Shown: positions 29,449 to 41,700 of the stretch, piece after piece
Layout: every line of letters begins with the position of its first letter
Numbering within the stretch: the first letter of the stretch is position 1
Notes under the pieces: generated by a model
The model's database searches: none
What the model saw: the letters and a program-made list of their open reading frames with translations, nothing else
What the model was told of the DNA's origin: nothing
Program-made: the position numbers and the translations under genes
NCBI RefSeq assembly: GCF_009914755.1
Contig: NC_060936.1
Source of the DNA: the human T2T-CHM13v2.0 reference genome, Homo sapiens
Length of the DNA: 64,000 bases
Reading direction: 5' to 3' (one strand)

Positions 29449-31098
29449 CAGTATGAGAACAATTTAATAAAGAAAATTGGTACCAGGAGTAGGGTAGTGA
29501 TATAAAGTTACCCTAAAATATGGAAGTGACTTTGGAACTGGGCAACAGCCAGAGATTGGAACAGTTTGGAGGATTCAGAAAAAGAAAGGAAGATGTGGAA
29601 AAATTTGGAACTTCCTAGAGACTTGTCTAATGGTTTTGACCAAAATGCTGATAGTGTTACAGACAATGAAATCCAGGCTGAGGTGTTCTCAGATAGAGAT
29701 GAGGAACTTGTTGGGAAAAGGAATGAAAGTCATTCTTGTTATGCTTTGCCAAAGAGACTGAGGGCATTTTGTCTCTGCCCTAGAGATCTCTGGAACCTTG
29801 AACTTCAGAGAGATGATTTAGAGTATCTGGTGGGAGAAATTTTTAAGCAGCAAAAAATTCAAGAAGTGACCTGGCTGTTTCTAAAAGCATAATCTCATAT
29901 GTGTGAACCAAGAAATGGTCTGAAATTGGAACTTATTTATAAAAGGGAAGCAGAGCATAAAAGTTTAGAAAATACAAAGACTGACAATGTGGTAGAAAAG
30001 AGAAACCCATTTTCTGAAGAGAAATTCAAGCTGGCTGCAAAAATTTGCCCAAGTAAAGAGAAGCCAAATGTTAATAGCCAAGACAATGGAGGAAAATGTT
30101 CCCAGGACATTTCAGGGATCATTGCAACAGCCCCTCCCACATCACAGGCCTGGAGGCCTAGGAGGGAAAAATGGTTTTGTGGGCTAGGCCTAGGTCCTTG
30201 CTGCTCTGTGCAGCCTTGGAACACAGTGCCCTGCATCACAGCTGCTGCAGCTCCAGCCATAACTAAAAGAGGCCAAAGTACAGCTTGGGCCATGGCTTCA
30301 GAGGGTGCAAGCCCCAAGTCTTCACAGCTTCCATGTGGTGTTAGGCCTGTGGGTGCACAGAAGGCAAGAGTTGAGCTTTGGGAACCTCTGCCTAGATTTC
30401 AGAGGATGTTTGGAAATGCCTGGATGTCCACACAGTAGTCTTCTGCAGGGGCAGAAACTTCATGGAGAGCTGCTACTAGGACAGTACAGGGGGAAATGTG
30501 GGATAGGAGCCCCTGCACAATCTCCACTAGGGCACTGCCTAGTGGAGCTGTGGAAAAGAGGGTCATCATCTTCCAGACCCAAGAATGGTAGATCAACCCA
30601 TAGCTTCCATTGTGCACCCGAAAAAGCCTCCAGTACTCAACATCAGCCTGTGAATGCAGCCATGTGGGCTGTATCTGGCAGAGACACAGGTGGTCAAGCT
30701 GCCCAAGGCCTTGGGAGCCCACCCCTTGTACCAGCATGCCCTGGATGTGAGACATGGAGTCAAGGAAATTATTTCAGAGCTTTGAGATTTAATGGCTTCC
30801 CTGATGGATTTTGGACTTACATAGGGCCTGTAGCCTCTTTGTTTTGGCCAATTTCTCCCATTTATAATAGGAGCATTTATCCAATGTCTGTACCTCCATT
30901 GTATGTTGGAACTAACTAATTTGCTTTTGATTTTACAAGCTCATAGGTGGAAAGGACTTGTCTTGTCACAGATGAGACTTCGGACTTGGACTTTTGGATT
31001 AAGGTTGGAATGAGTTAAGACTTTGGGGGACAGTTGGGAAGGCATGATTGTATTTTGAACTGTGAAAATGATAGAGTTTGGAGGGGCCAGGGGTGGAA
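29449..31098 (+). mobile_element. MST/THE1-type MaLR internal sequence with about 23 bp of 5' LTR remnant
   Basis: GAAAATTGGTACCAGGAGT start of internal region; GACTTTGGAACTGGG...GATTGGAACAGTTTGGAGG; polypurine tract GAGGGGCCAGGGGTGGAA. ORFs 29566-30919 are MaLR ORF remnants. Confidence 0.92.
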
Positions 31099-31491
31099 TG
31101 ATATGGTTTGGCTCTGTGTCCATACCCAAATCTTATCTCAAATTGTTATCCCCACATGTTGGGGGAACAGGCTGATGGGGAGTGATTGAATCATGGGGAC
31201 AGATGTCCCCATTGCTGTTCTCATAATAGTGAGTGAGTTCTCATGACATCTGGTTGTTTGAAAGTGTGTGGCACTTCCCCCTCTGCACTCTCTCCCTCTC
31301 TCCCTCCTACTCTGCCATGATAAGATGTGTTTTCTTCCCCTTAACCTTCCACCATGATTGTCATTTTCCTTATGCCTCCAGTCATGCTCCCTGTTAAACC
31401 TGCAGAAATGTGAGTCAGTTAAATCTCTTTTCCTCTTAAATTATTCAGTCTCAAGTAGTTCTTTATAGCAGTGTGAGAACATACTAGTATA
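31099..31491 (+). mobile_element. MSTA-like MaLR 3' LTR
   Basis: TGATATGGTTTGGCTCTGTGTCC...CTTTATAGCAGTGTGAGAACATACTAGTATA. Confidence 0.92.
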
Positions 31492-31864
31492 CCCTCTTTT
31501 TCATCTCTGATTTTCATAGAATTAGATGTTAATTTCTTATTGGGGTCTCCTCTTTCTTCTCCAAATTAATTTTTTCTAATGGCTCTTTTACTCATTATGC
31601 ACCTTTCAGCCACAACCTTTCTGCCAAGTATTTCTCTGTCTTAGAAGCTTCACACATTGTATTTCCATCTTGGAATCTTCTACCTCTAGAATGACTGGCT
31701 GGCTTCTGATCTTTTTATTTCAAACTCAATATGGCCTTCTCAGATAGATATTCCCTGACTCATTGTCTCTGTATCTCCCCACCCTTGTCATTGTTCTCTA
31801 TCACATTTCTTGCTTTATTACTCTTTCCTCAATGTATAAACATATACTGGTCCATTTGAATTTC

Positions 31865-31958
31865 TATACATATACATATGTGTATACATATATATGTATA
31901 TATATATGTGTGTGTTTATGTATTGTGTATATCTGTGTGTGCGTGTGTGTGTGTGTGT
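31865..31958. repeat. Compound (TA)n/(TG)n microsatellite inside an L2 3' end
   Basis: Alternating purine-pyrimidine run; L2 tail ATTTATTGATTAAATGAATGAAT at about 32040-32065. Confidence 0.9.
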
Positions 31959-32641
31959 AAAATCTTCTATGCCTCTAACTCTCACTTCCATGAGGGCATA
32001 GATTATATCTACCTCTGGCATGTAACGGATACTCAAAAATATTTATTGATTAAATGAATGAATGCATGAAGGTCCTTTCACTTGGTATTTTAGCACGTTA
32101 TAAGTTCTGAAACCAGAGTCGTTTATGGAAATTGTATTATGCACTAATAGTAAAATATCAAATTTTGAATTTAAATATCTATTTAACTGTTAAGTTTAAA
32201 TAGTTAAATTTAAGTAGTTATTTAACTAGGGTTTTAGCATACATATTTGCATTTTCTAAATTTGTAGATAAAGAAGACTAACTAGAAAAGCACAGGAAAA
32301 TATGCAGGTGAAGCTCCATCAATGAGACTGTACATTATTGAAGGAAAACAGATTATGAACATTGCTAAGCAAAGTAGATTTTTTAAATTTAGCAAATATT
32401 TCCAACTTACTTGGTTTATAAAATGTTAAAATCTGGTGAATTTTTGCCCCAGTTTCCATGATGAAGCTTACCTTTGTAACAATTTTTACATGGGTATAAA
32501 GAAAGAAAAAATAATCATCAGAAATAATTCCCACATTACTTCACTAGAATTATATCAGCCTAGATATTTGTCTTGAGAGATGTACGTAACAAAACAGTGG
32601 CCTGCACTTTACAGAAGAGTAAGTTATTGGAATACAAGAGA

Positions 32642-32944
32642 GGCCAAGAACGGTGGCTCACATCTGTAATCCCAGCACTTTGGAAGCCCGACATGGGCAG
32701 ATCACTTGCGGCCAGGAATTCAAGACCTGCCTGGCCAACATGCTGAAACGCCGTCTCTACTAAATAATACAAAAATTAGCTGGGCATGGTGGCACATGCC
32801 TGTAATCCCAGATACTCTGGAGGATGAGGCATGGGAATCGCTTGAATTTGGGCTGCAGAGGTTGCATTGAGCCGAGATTACACTACTGCACTCCAGTCTG
32901 TGCAACAGAGACAGACTCTGACAAAAAAAAAAGGAAAAGAAAAG
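32642..32944 (+). mobile_element. AluS (Sz/Sx-like)
   Basis: Full dimer, A-rich tail, degenerate TSD AATACAAGAGA/AATACAAGACA. Confidence 0.95.
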
Positions 32945-33724
32945 AAATACAAGACAGATTAAGATTACAAAAGCTCAGAATGCTCCTACCTTATATTGTA
33001 TACAAAATCTTAATTCTGAATAGAACAATCAACTGTTTGAACTTAAAAATTTTTAAATTTTGTAGTGTATTGAGTTCAAAATATTTCTTTAGTTCTGAAG
33101 AAAGTAAACATTTATGTTTGGTCTTTTGCAGTGATATGTTCCCTGAATTTAGATGATAAATTAATAAATATATTCTCTTACGTCATTTTGTTCAGAAAAG
33201 ACACCAAAACAAGGATACAGCTCAAAAGGCAGAATATATTCTCAAAGCATTATACAAAAATCAGTATTAGAGATAAATACTTTATGAAACATGTGAGGGA
33301 AAGAGTGGTTATAAATTCTTTCTAGGTTCATGGTTTTCATGCTACAAAGCACTTCACTTGTCAAAATGTCCATGAATTACTTGATATCCACACACATTTG
33401 TCACTGAAAGAAAAACCTCTTAATAAATCAATGATAGCAATAACAGCATGCAGTTTGGTGTTTGTTTATATTATGGAGAAATTAGGCATTCCTTTAATCC
33501 TTTAATATTTACAATCATCCTAAAAGGTGTTATCTCACCCTCAGCACCCACCACTCAGCTTCATCTTAAAACGTGCTCACAGGAAAATATAGCTTGAACT
33601 ACAAGTGGGAGATGGCAGCACTGAGGTGCAAACGTAGCTCTGAGCCCCTCATCCTCTACCTTTTCCTTACAAAATGGGTGAAGAGGCTCACTGTAGTTTA
33701 ATAAGATGCCAATGAAGAATATAA

Positions 33725-34092
33725 GAAGTCCATTTTCTGTTACTATAACCAAATGTCTGAGATTGGGTAATTTATAAAGAAAATAAATTTATTTTTTACG
33801 GTTCTGAAGGCTGGGAAGTCCAAGAACATGGCTGTGGCATCTGATGAGGTCTTTCCTGCCATGTCATAACACAGCAGAAGGCATCGCATGACAAGAAGGA
33901 AAGAGCATACCAACTCTTATCTCTCTCCTTTTTCTTACAGAGCCACCAGTCCCATCTTGGTGGCCCCATCCTGATGACCTTATCTAATTTCTATTACCTC
34001 CGAAGGACCCCACCTCCAAATGTCACGAATATATAAATTTGTAGATTTAGTTTCCAACATGTGAAATTTGGAGGATGCATTCAAACTATAGA
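33725..34092 (-). mobile_element. MST (MSTC/D-like) MaLR solo LTR
   Basis: GTCCATTTTCTGTTACTATAAC...TGGGTAATTTATAAAGAAAA...GGCTGGGAAGTCCAAGA...CATTCAAACTATAG. Confidence 0.85.
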
Positions 34093-35748
34093 AGAAAAGA
34101 AATATGAATCTATACCAAAGATCAAAGTTTAGCCATTGGGATGATTTATTTCATCATTAATACACAAAAAAGCTTGCTGAGCAACACACTGGAGAACTTC
34201 AAAGACCACCTGCCATCCCTGGCTCACACTTTGGAAAAAGATAGATGGATGATAGAATTGAAGCACCAAAACTTTCTGAAAACAATTGAGAAACTCAAAT
34301 TTTAGAGTGATTCTAGGCTTTGAGGTTAGCATTTTATTTAAGAAAACAATAAATCTAATTGATAGCCTTAGCTAATTAGATTCCTTCATTGGAAATTTGT
34401 AAGAATCCTGCAGGTTATTAAAACCCATTAGGCAATTGTTTATTTTGGATCTTTGGAATTGTAGCCATACATACAAAGATGATCAATAAATAATTATTGA
34501 ATTATTAAAGATGAATTCAAGCTTAAAATAGATATTATATAATGCTTCTCTTTCAACTTGAGAGAAAGTTTATAATGGAAAAAATGCATCTGCTATTTAA
34601 AGTATATGTCAATAATTGACTTTAAGAGGTAGATATTATTGTGCAAGTTTTTTCCATAAAGACCTGCTCTTTAAGATAAAAAGAATAGGGATATTATAAG
34701 ACTTTAATATGCATGTGCATGTGGTCATTTCTTCTGCTTAATATTTTATGTGCAATTTTGTAGATACATTACCACATATTTGTTTTACTTGCTGTGTATT
34801 TAGACCCTGCGTTTCATGTGGTTATCTCACCTGTGTCTACGTCTTCAATACCATGACAGTCCTGGTATAAATGTCAGCTACTTGAGGATAACAGTGAAAT
34901 GAATCCCACAGTAACCCCACTGTGATTCTGATGTGCTCATTCTAGACTTTTAGCCTCATCCCCCTCTTGTAACACACTCTTGGATCTTAGAGTCATGCAC
35001 TCAACTATTTGGTGAAGTTGAGATAGATTCACATTCTATCCTCACATATTTCCAATCCTTTGCTTTTTTCATGTGAATTATTGACTGTCTCTAAAGATGG
35101 ATTTGTTCCCTCACTACCCAGCATCACTTTTTATTTGCTCAAAATCATTAAACTCAGTGTCTTAAATTTGTAACTGCACAAGCTCTCTTACTTGAATGCT
35201 GTGAAAGAACAGTATGAAATCCAAATGCTGCATAATGCACTGAGTATATTAATCAATAATAAATAGGAAGCAAATAAGAAGGAAGAATATGATCATGCAA
35301 AGAAGTTTCTATGTCAGACTGGATTAGGAGACAAATTCACTGTAGCTGTCATGACTGAGCTATAATGTAAACTTATTTAAAAATAAATGGGATGTTGGAT
35401 CTTCTGAGAAGCAGCTCTTTTTCAGACTTGGACAATAACTTCCAAGCAATACTCTTGTTATACAATCTTGAAAAATTTCCTCTCACAAAAGAGATAAAAG
35501 TAAGGAGAATGGTCCTTAATGAGGTAGTTTCTGATAATTCAGCTATTTCTGGAGCTATTTGAGAGGAGCTATGCAAAACAACAATTTTTGAAGTGGCTAT
35601 GTTTCCTGGACAGCATTATCTATAAATGTTCCAACATATTCTCATACTTGAAGGTAAGTAGACATTTTGTAGTTAATATATTTTTGTTAATAAGAGCTGA
35701 AAATAATTTCTGTTGGCTTGGTTATTACCGTCAATTAGTTACGACATC

Positions 35749-36248
35749 TGTGGGCGAAATAAAGCCCTCCAACTGTGTTCGTGTCCTAGTTCACAGAATT
35801 TGGGAATATTTTGTATTACATAGCATGGGGAAATTAAGGTAGTAAATAGAATTAAGTTTGCTAATCAGCTGACCTTATAATAGAGAGATCATACTGGGTG
35901 ATCCAGGCAGATCCAATGTAATTGTAAGAGTCTTTGAAAGTGGAAAAGAGTCACAGAATTCAATGTCAGAGTGATATGATGTAAGAATCAACTAGCCATT
36001 GCTGACTCTGAAGATGGAAGCAGGTCACAGCCAATGAATGTTGATTGCCTCTAGAAGCTGGAAAAGTCAAGTAAAAAGAACTTTAGAGCTTCCAGAAGGA
36101 ATGCAGCCCTGATGACACCTTGATTTTACGCTGGCAAGACTTATTTCAGATTTCTGATCTCAACAAGTGTAAGATCATTAAATATGTGTTGGTTTAAGAC
36201 AATAAATTTGTGGTTAATTTGCTATAGCAGCAATAGAAAACTAATACA
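35749..36248 (+). mobile_element. MLT1D MaLR solo LTR
   Basis: GAATTAAGTTTGCTAATCAGCTGACCTT...GCCTCTAGAAGCTGGAAAAG...ATAGCAGCAATAGAAAACTAATACA. Confidence 0.88.
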
Positions 36249-36271
36249 TCTTTTCTTTTAAAATTTAAGTG

Positions 36272-36827
36272 AGGCTTTTACATTGTTTTACATTGTTGGT
36301 AGGAATGTAAATTAGTACAAGCATTATGGAAAACAGTGTGGAGATTCCTTAAAGAACTAAAAGTAGATTTACCATTTTATCCAGCAGTCCCACTCCAGGG
36401 GACTTATTTCCCAGAGGAAAATAAGTCATCATACAAAAAAGATACGTGAACATGCATGTTTATAGCAACCATGGAATAGTACTTAGTCATAAAACGTAAC
36501 TAAATAATGACATTCACATCATTATGTGATTCACATGATGTGATTCACATCATAGAATTGAAGATCATTCTTCTAAGTGAAGTAACTCAGCAATGGAAAA
36601 CCAAACATCATATGTTCTCACTCATAAGTGGGAGCTGAGCTATGAGTACGCAAAGGCATTAGAATGATATAATGGACTTTGGGGACTCAGGAGAAAGGGT
36701 GGGATGGGGAGAACGATAAAAGACTACACATTGGGTACAGTGTACACTGTTTAGGTGATGGAAGCATCAAAATCTCAGAAATCACCACTAAAGAACTTAT
36801 TTGTCTACAAAAGTAAATAAATAAGAA
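36272..36827 (+). mobile_element. 5'-truncated L1PB-like 3' end with 13-bp TSD
   Basis: L1PB 3'UTR (GAATGATATAATGGACTTTGGGGACTC...CAGAAATCACCACTAAAGAACTTAT); TSD TAAAATTTAAGTG at 36259 and 36828. Confidence 0.9.
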
Positions 36828-36949
36828 TAAAATTTAAGTGGGAAATTTTTATGTTTTCAGATACCATCTGCATTTTGCTCAGAATAAAAATATAATACTT
36901 TGTGTTATTCCCACCTCCTCTTCCAGACAGCATAGATAAATGGAAAAAA

Positions 36950-37152
36950 TATCCCTGGATTTCAACTACCTGAGTTTCAATCCTACTCATGCCACAGCAT
37001 TAAAACCTGCCAGTGCCTCAGTTATCTTATTGGTAAAATGGAACAATAAGAGGTCTTACTTCATAGGGTGGTAACGAGGATCAAATGAGATAACACATGT
37101 AAAGAAAAGTACTTGACACACAGCAAATGTTCAGTCAATGGAAATTATTAAC
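36950..37152 (+). mobile_element. MIR SINE
   Basis: GTGCCTCAGTTATCTTATTGGTAAAATGG...CTTCATAGGGTGGTAACGAGGATCAAATGAGATAA. Confidence 0.8.
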
Positions 37153-39154
37153 CATCACAGTAAATCAATTATTCATTTTATCTTTTTAATATGTCCAATA
37201 TCTGTTCCTGCTTTCCATCCCAGGTGTAGATGCTCATCACTTCTCACTGGGATTATGGAAGCAACAGTCTTCATAGGCTAAAGTACAAGTTCCATGGCGT
37301 CATTCAAGATTCTCCATGACCTAATAGTTTCTTCCCGTTTTTCATTGTTTCAATTCTGACCAAATCTGTTATTGAGTTTTATGTTCTAGTGATATGGAAC
37401 TGCTTTACTGCATTTGCTTATGCTCAGTCTTTGCCCACATTCTTTGTTTTACTGTCTTTTACTCATTTTTCAAGGTAATGTGAAACATTTCTCTTCTCAT
37501 TAGTGATTAATGTTTTCTTAGACTCTTTGAGCATCCCCTATCTCTGTCATAAAGTCCTATGCAAACCTTACTTAGAGTAATAGGCTGTGCAAATTACTTC
37601 CAAAACGCCGCAAGGTTACAGCCTCCTTAAACACAGTACAGAGCTTTATTCATTTTTGTAGCTGCAGGATATGGCTGAGTCAGACACAAAGTAGGCCATC
37701 TGCATATCCATCTATTTCCATCTATCTATTTTCTTGCTAAATTGAATAAACTCTACCAATTCTAAGTGTTTAACAAGGTTGCATTCTCTTAGATCAGAAT
37801 TTTAATATTGAGTGGATTCCCATTCTTTGACAACATAAAGTGACAATTGACAGCAGGTGTAGAATAACCCTAATTTTCTTTAACCAGGAGAAAAAACATA
37901 TTCTAACTTATTTATTAAATATTCTCTTCATCGCATTTTATGAAGCAAAAACATAGCTATTGGAAAAATTACTGACACTAGACCAGAAGCAATAATAAAA
38001 CTTTAACTATGAGGGATGCTTAAAAAACAACCTATAATACACTTTTATTATTTCTTAACTTACTTTAATCTTAATTAGATAATTTTATTCACTGAAAGAA
38101 ATTATTTACTGTTGGAAAAATGTCTACAACAAAATGTATTTGAATACCCTGTTGCCTTGAGTAGATATGTCTATATTTCATCTGTAGCTTTGTGTGTACT
38201 GTGTCATTGCTTCTCAGTATGAAGCTTATGTGAACTTTTCATACTGAGTCACTAAAATAAATCAGAAAAATCATGGTTTAGATTAAAATTCCCTCTTACA
38301 GGCAACCTAGAAACAAATGATGGGGGGATGTTATCAACTGATGAGTGGAAGACACTAGACGCCAACTCTGAGGAGGCAGATGTATGGCAGAGAATTGATG
38401 GGGTGGTCTGGCAAACAGAAGACACAAACATGTGGATCCTGTGTGAGAACTAGGATGATGATGAGAAAAGTCTGAAATAATACCCTTGAAATGTGTATTT
38501 TCCTGAAGCTTATTTTACAGTTTGCTTCCAAACTCTATATGTCCACATGTACCAATATTTCAAGGCAACTGACTCACTTGAGTTTTTATGTTTTCTTAAG
38601 TTTTCCATGAAAAGAGCTGATCAAATAAAGGTCAATGTGTCAATCAAGTGATAGATGAAACTACTGAGTCAAGAAACCATGGTGTGTGAGGAACTGTTGA
38701 AATAGTTTAACAGTTGAACTAAAAATTTGTAATGTAAAGAAAAAGATTTGGTGTTGGGAGAGAAAAAAAAAGAAACAGTTACTTTTAAATATTGGAAAGG
38801 CTTCCATACAAAAACCGGATTATATATGTTCTTTGTAGTTCTGGAAGGAGCACAATTCAGAAACGGGGTTAGTTCCTAATAAAAAAGCAATAATAATGAC
38901 AAATCTTCAAGATTAGGATTGTTTTGAATGCTTATGAGCATTCTTTCACTGGAATTAAGTCAATTCTGAAAGACTGCATGTTAGGAATGTGGTCTAGGCC
39001 TTTGTAAACTGTGGGGTATGATGTGCTAAATTATCTCTGTCTATGGCTCTTTATTAAACAAATATATATCAAGCATCTCCTATGCTGAGCCATCATATTG
39101 CGACTACAACTTCATATCAATGAGACCCTGTGCCTACCATCAAAAAGCTTATGT

Positions 39155-39828
39155 CACCATCTCATATGCTGTACTGAAGGTAGGATGGCTACCATCATAA
39201 CACCCAGAAAATATCAAGTACTGATGAAGATGTGGAAAAACTGAAACCTTTATGCACTTTTGATGGAAGTATAAAATGGTGCAGCCACTATGAAAAACAC
39301 TATGGAAGTTCCTCAAAAAATTAAAAATAGAGTTACCATATTATCCAGCAATTTTACTTCTGATTATATATACTCAAATGAATTGAAAACAGATAAAATC
39401 ATATTCATAGCAGAATTATTCACAAAAGCCAAAAACTGGAAGCAACCCAAGCCTTCATCAACAGATGAATGTACAAACAAAGTGTGAATAAAATGGAATG
39501 TTATTCAGCCTTAAAAAGAAAATAAATTTTTAAACATTCTACAATATGAATAAACCTTGAGGATAATCCCATCTCAAAAGGACAAACACTGTATGATTCC
39601 AATTATATAAGGTACCTAGAGTATTCAAATTCATAGAAAGAAGTAAAATAATGGTTACTGGAAGTTGAGGAGGGAAGGGAAATGGGCAGTTATTATTTAA
39701 TCGGCACAGAATTTTTGTTTGTAAAGATGAAAATGTTCTGGAGATGGATGGTGCTGATGGTTGATTAAGATGGTAAATGATTAAGATGGTAAAATCTAGG
39801 TTATGGGTATTTTACCACAATCTTTTAA
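39155..39828 (+). mobile_element. L1MB-like 3' fragment
   Basis: ORF 39290-39487 resembles the ORF2 C-terminus (PQKIK...AKNWKQPK..STDE); TGTATGATTCCA.TTATAT.AGGTACCTAGAGTA 3'UTR. Confidence 0.85.
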
Positions 39829-40217
39829 AAACCTCATTGTCTAATTGTCCTTTTCCATCTCCAAGCAGTTACTAAGTCCCATTTTTCTGATCTCTTTAAT
39901 ATGTTTCAAATCTCACACTTCCTTCTATCTCAGCAGCTAATTCCTTGTTCAGGTCACCATAATTTGTTGTGTGAGTTAATGTAGTAATCTTTAATTCAAC
40001 TCTTTACCTACAGACATATCCCACTTTGATTAATTTTTAACATGTAGTCAGAGCAATCTTTATAAAATGAACTTCCCGATTTAAATTTCAATTTCTCCCT
40101 AGGGACTTCAGAATAAAGTTGAAATAAAGGATAAAGCATAAAATCTTAGTATTGCCTATGATGTCTGAACTCTCTGGACTCTTGCTAATTTCTCTAATCT
40201 CTCTCTGCCTTCATCAC

Positions 40218-40700
40218 TTATTCATTCAATCAAGAAATGTTTATAGAGTACTTTGTATATGAAAGGTAGTTTGCTAGTTTATGGGGGTAAATGTTAAATA
40301 AAATAGACAGAGTCTATGGTTTCACGGAACATATGGTCTAGCATGGGATGCAGACATTAATTTCAAAATTACACATAGAAATACATAATACAAAAAAGTG
40401 ATGAGTGCTAGGGAGGAAACACAGAGGATGTATCCGTGTAAAAAATACATCACATATTCTAGGGGTTTGGAAAGGCCTCCCTCTCCAAGGAGGTGATATT
40501 TGAGTTAAGATTTCAAGGTTGAGTATCGGTTTTAAGCACAAAATGAGAAAAAAAATTTCAACCAGGGAGAAAAACATATGCTCTCTTTTAAGCAAGATGG
40601 AGGATAGAGCGTCTGAGGAACTAAAAACAGTGTGAGCTGAGCACAGAGAATGGAGGTACAAATGGAAACTGAAGAGCTGGATGGATGGCTAGGATTTGAT
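40218..40700 (-). mobile_element. L2 3' end
   Basis: TTCATTCAATCAAGAAATGTTTATAGAGTAC reverse L2 tail followed by purine-rich L2 body. Confidence 0.7.
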
Positions 40701-41529
40701 TTTTACTCTTCAAGCATTCATCCTCTAGTCATTTTGCTGTCTTCTCTCAGCCTCATTCTCTCGTGTTTCTTGCTCATTGCACACTCTGTGGCTTCTATTG
40801 GGGGTATCGTTTCTGAGTCTTTACCACTGTTCATCCTTGAGGGGTCAGTTGAAGTCTCTCCTTGTCTGGGATAGGTGCTGTGCTTGTGTATATCCCTTGA
40901 GCTGTGTATAACTCTTCCATAGCATTTTCTGTCCTAAAAAGTCCTATTGTTTATTACGACAACACTAATGCCTTCAGAGAGGAAACAGTATCATTCATCT
41001 TTGTATGTCCAGCACCTAGCATCATTTCTAGGGCAGTTTCATCAACAAATATTTATTGAGCACTTACTCTGGAAAGGTACTAAAATAGGAATTCTGAGGA
41101 ATACAAAGTTGTGTAAACACTACCTCGAAGGAACTTGATGTTTATTTCAAAAAATATACAATGAAGAACAGCTAGGTTCATACTTTCCTGTGGCCAAATG
41201 TGCACAGAGACGACAGATACAAGAGCTTCCTTAAACTAACACTTTTAGGGCAAACATATATTACAGTTTAACAAATACATTATACCTTCCAAGAAATCAT
41301 GTTCACTTTAAGTACCTTCCAACTCTTTTCTTGTTTTAACACTTCTATATTCGATAGAAACTTAAGAGGAAAGTGATAAATCTACAGAAAAAAAAACAAG
41401 AAAATATTTAAGAACTTTGTTATGTTAACATTCTGTTCAACCAGGCCAATGCCATCTGTCAGAATATTTAACTAAAATATTATATGTTATCTGATTTCTT
41501 ACTTTTTTATTTTGAGATAATTTTCTTTT

Positions 41530-41700
41530 TTATTTAGAAGTAGAAGTTGTATGTTTATGGTATACAACATGATGCTTTTATATATGTGTACATTGTGGAA
41601 TGGCTAAATCAAGCCATTTAACATAGGCATTACCTCACATACTTACGATGCATGACAGATCTATTTAAATTCTTCCTCCTACCTAATAAAATTTTGTGTC
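41530..41700 (-). mobile_element. L1MA-like 3'UTR fragment
   Basis: TACAACATGATG...ACATTGTGGAATGGCTAAATCAAGC.ATTTAACATA.GCATTACCTCACATACTTA. Confidence 0.75.

Noticed and set aside
29566-30919. Cluster of 108-204 aa ORFs as a novel gene
   Set aside because: All lie within the MST/THE1 MaLR internal sequence and are broken remnants or alternative frames of it.
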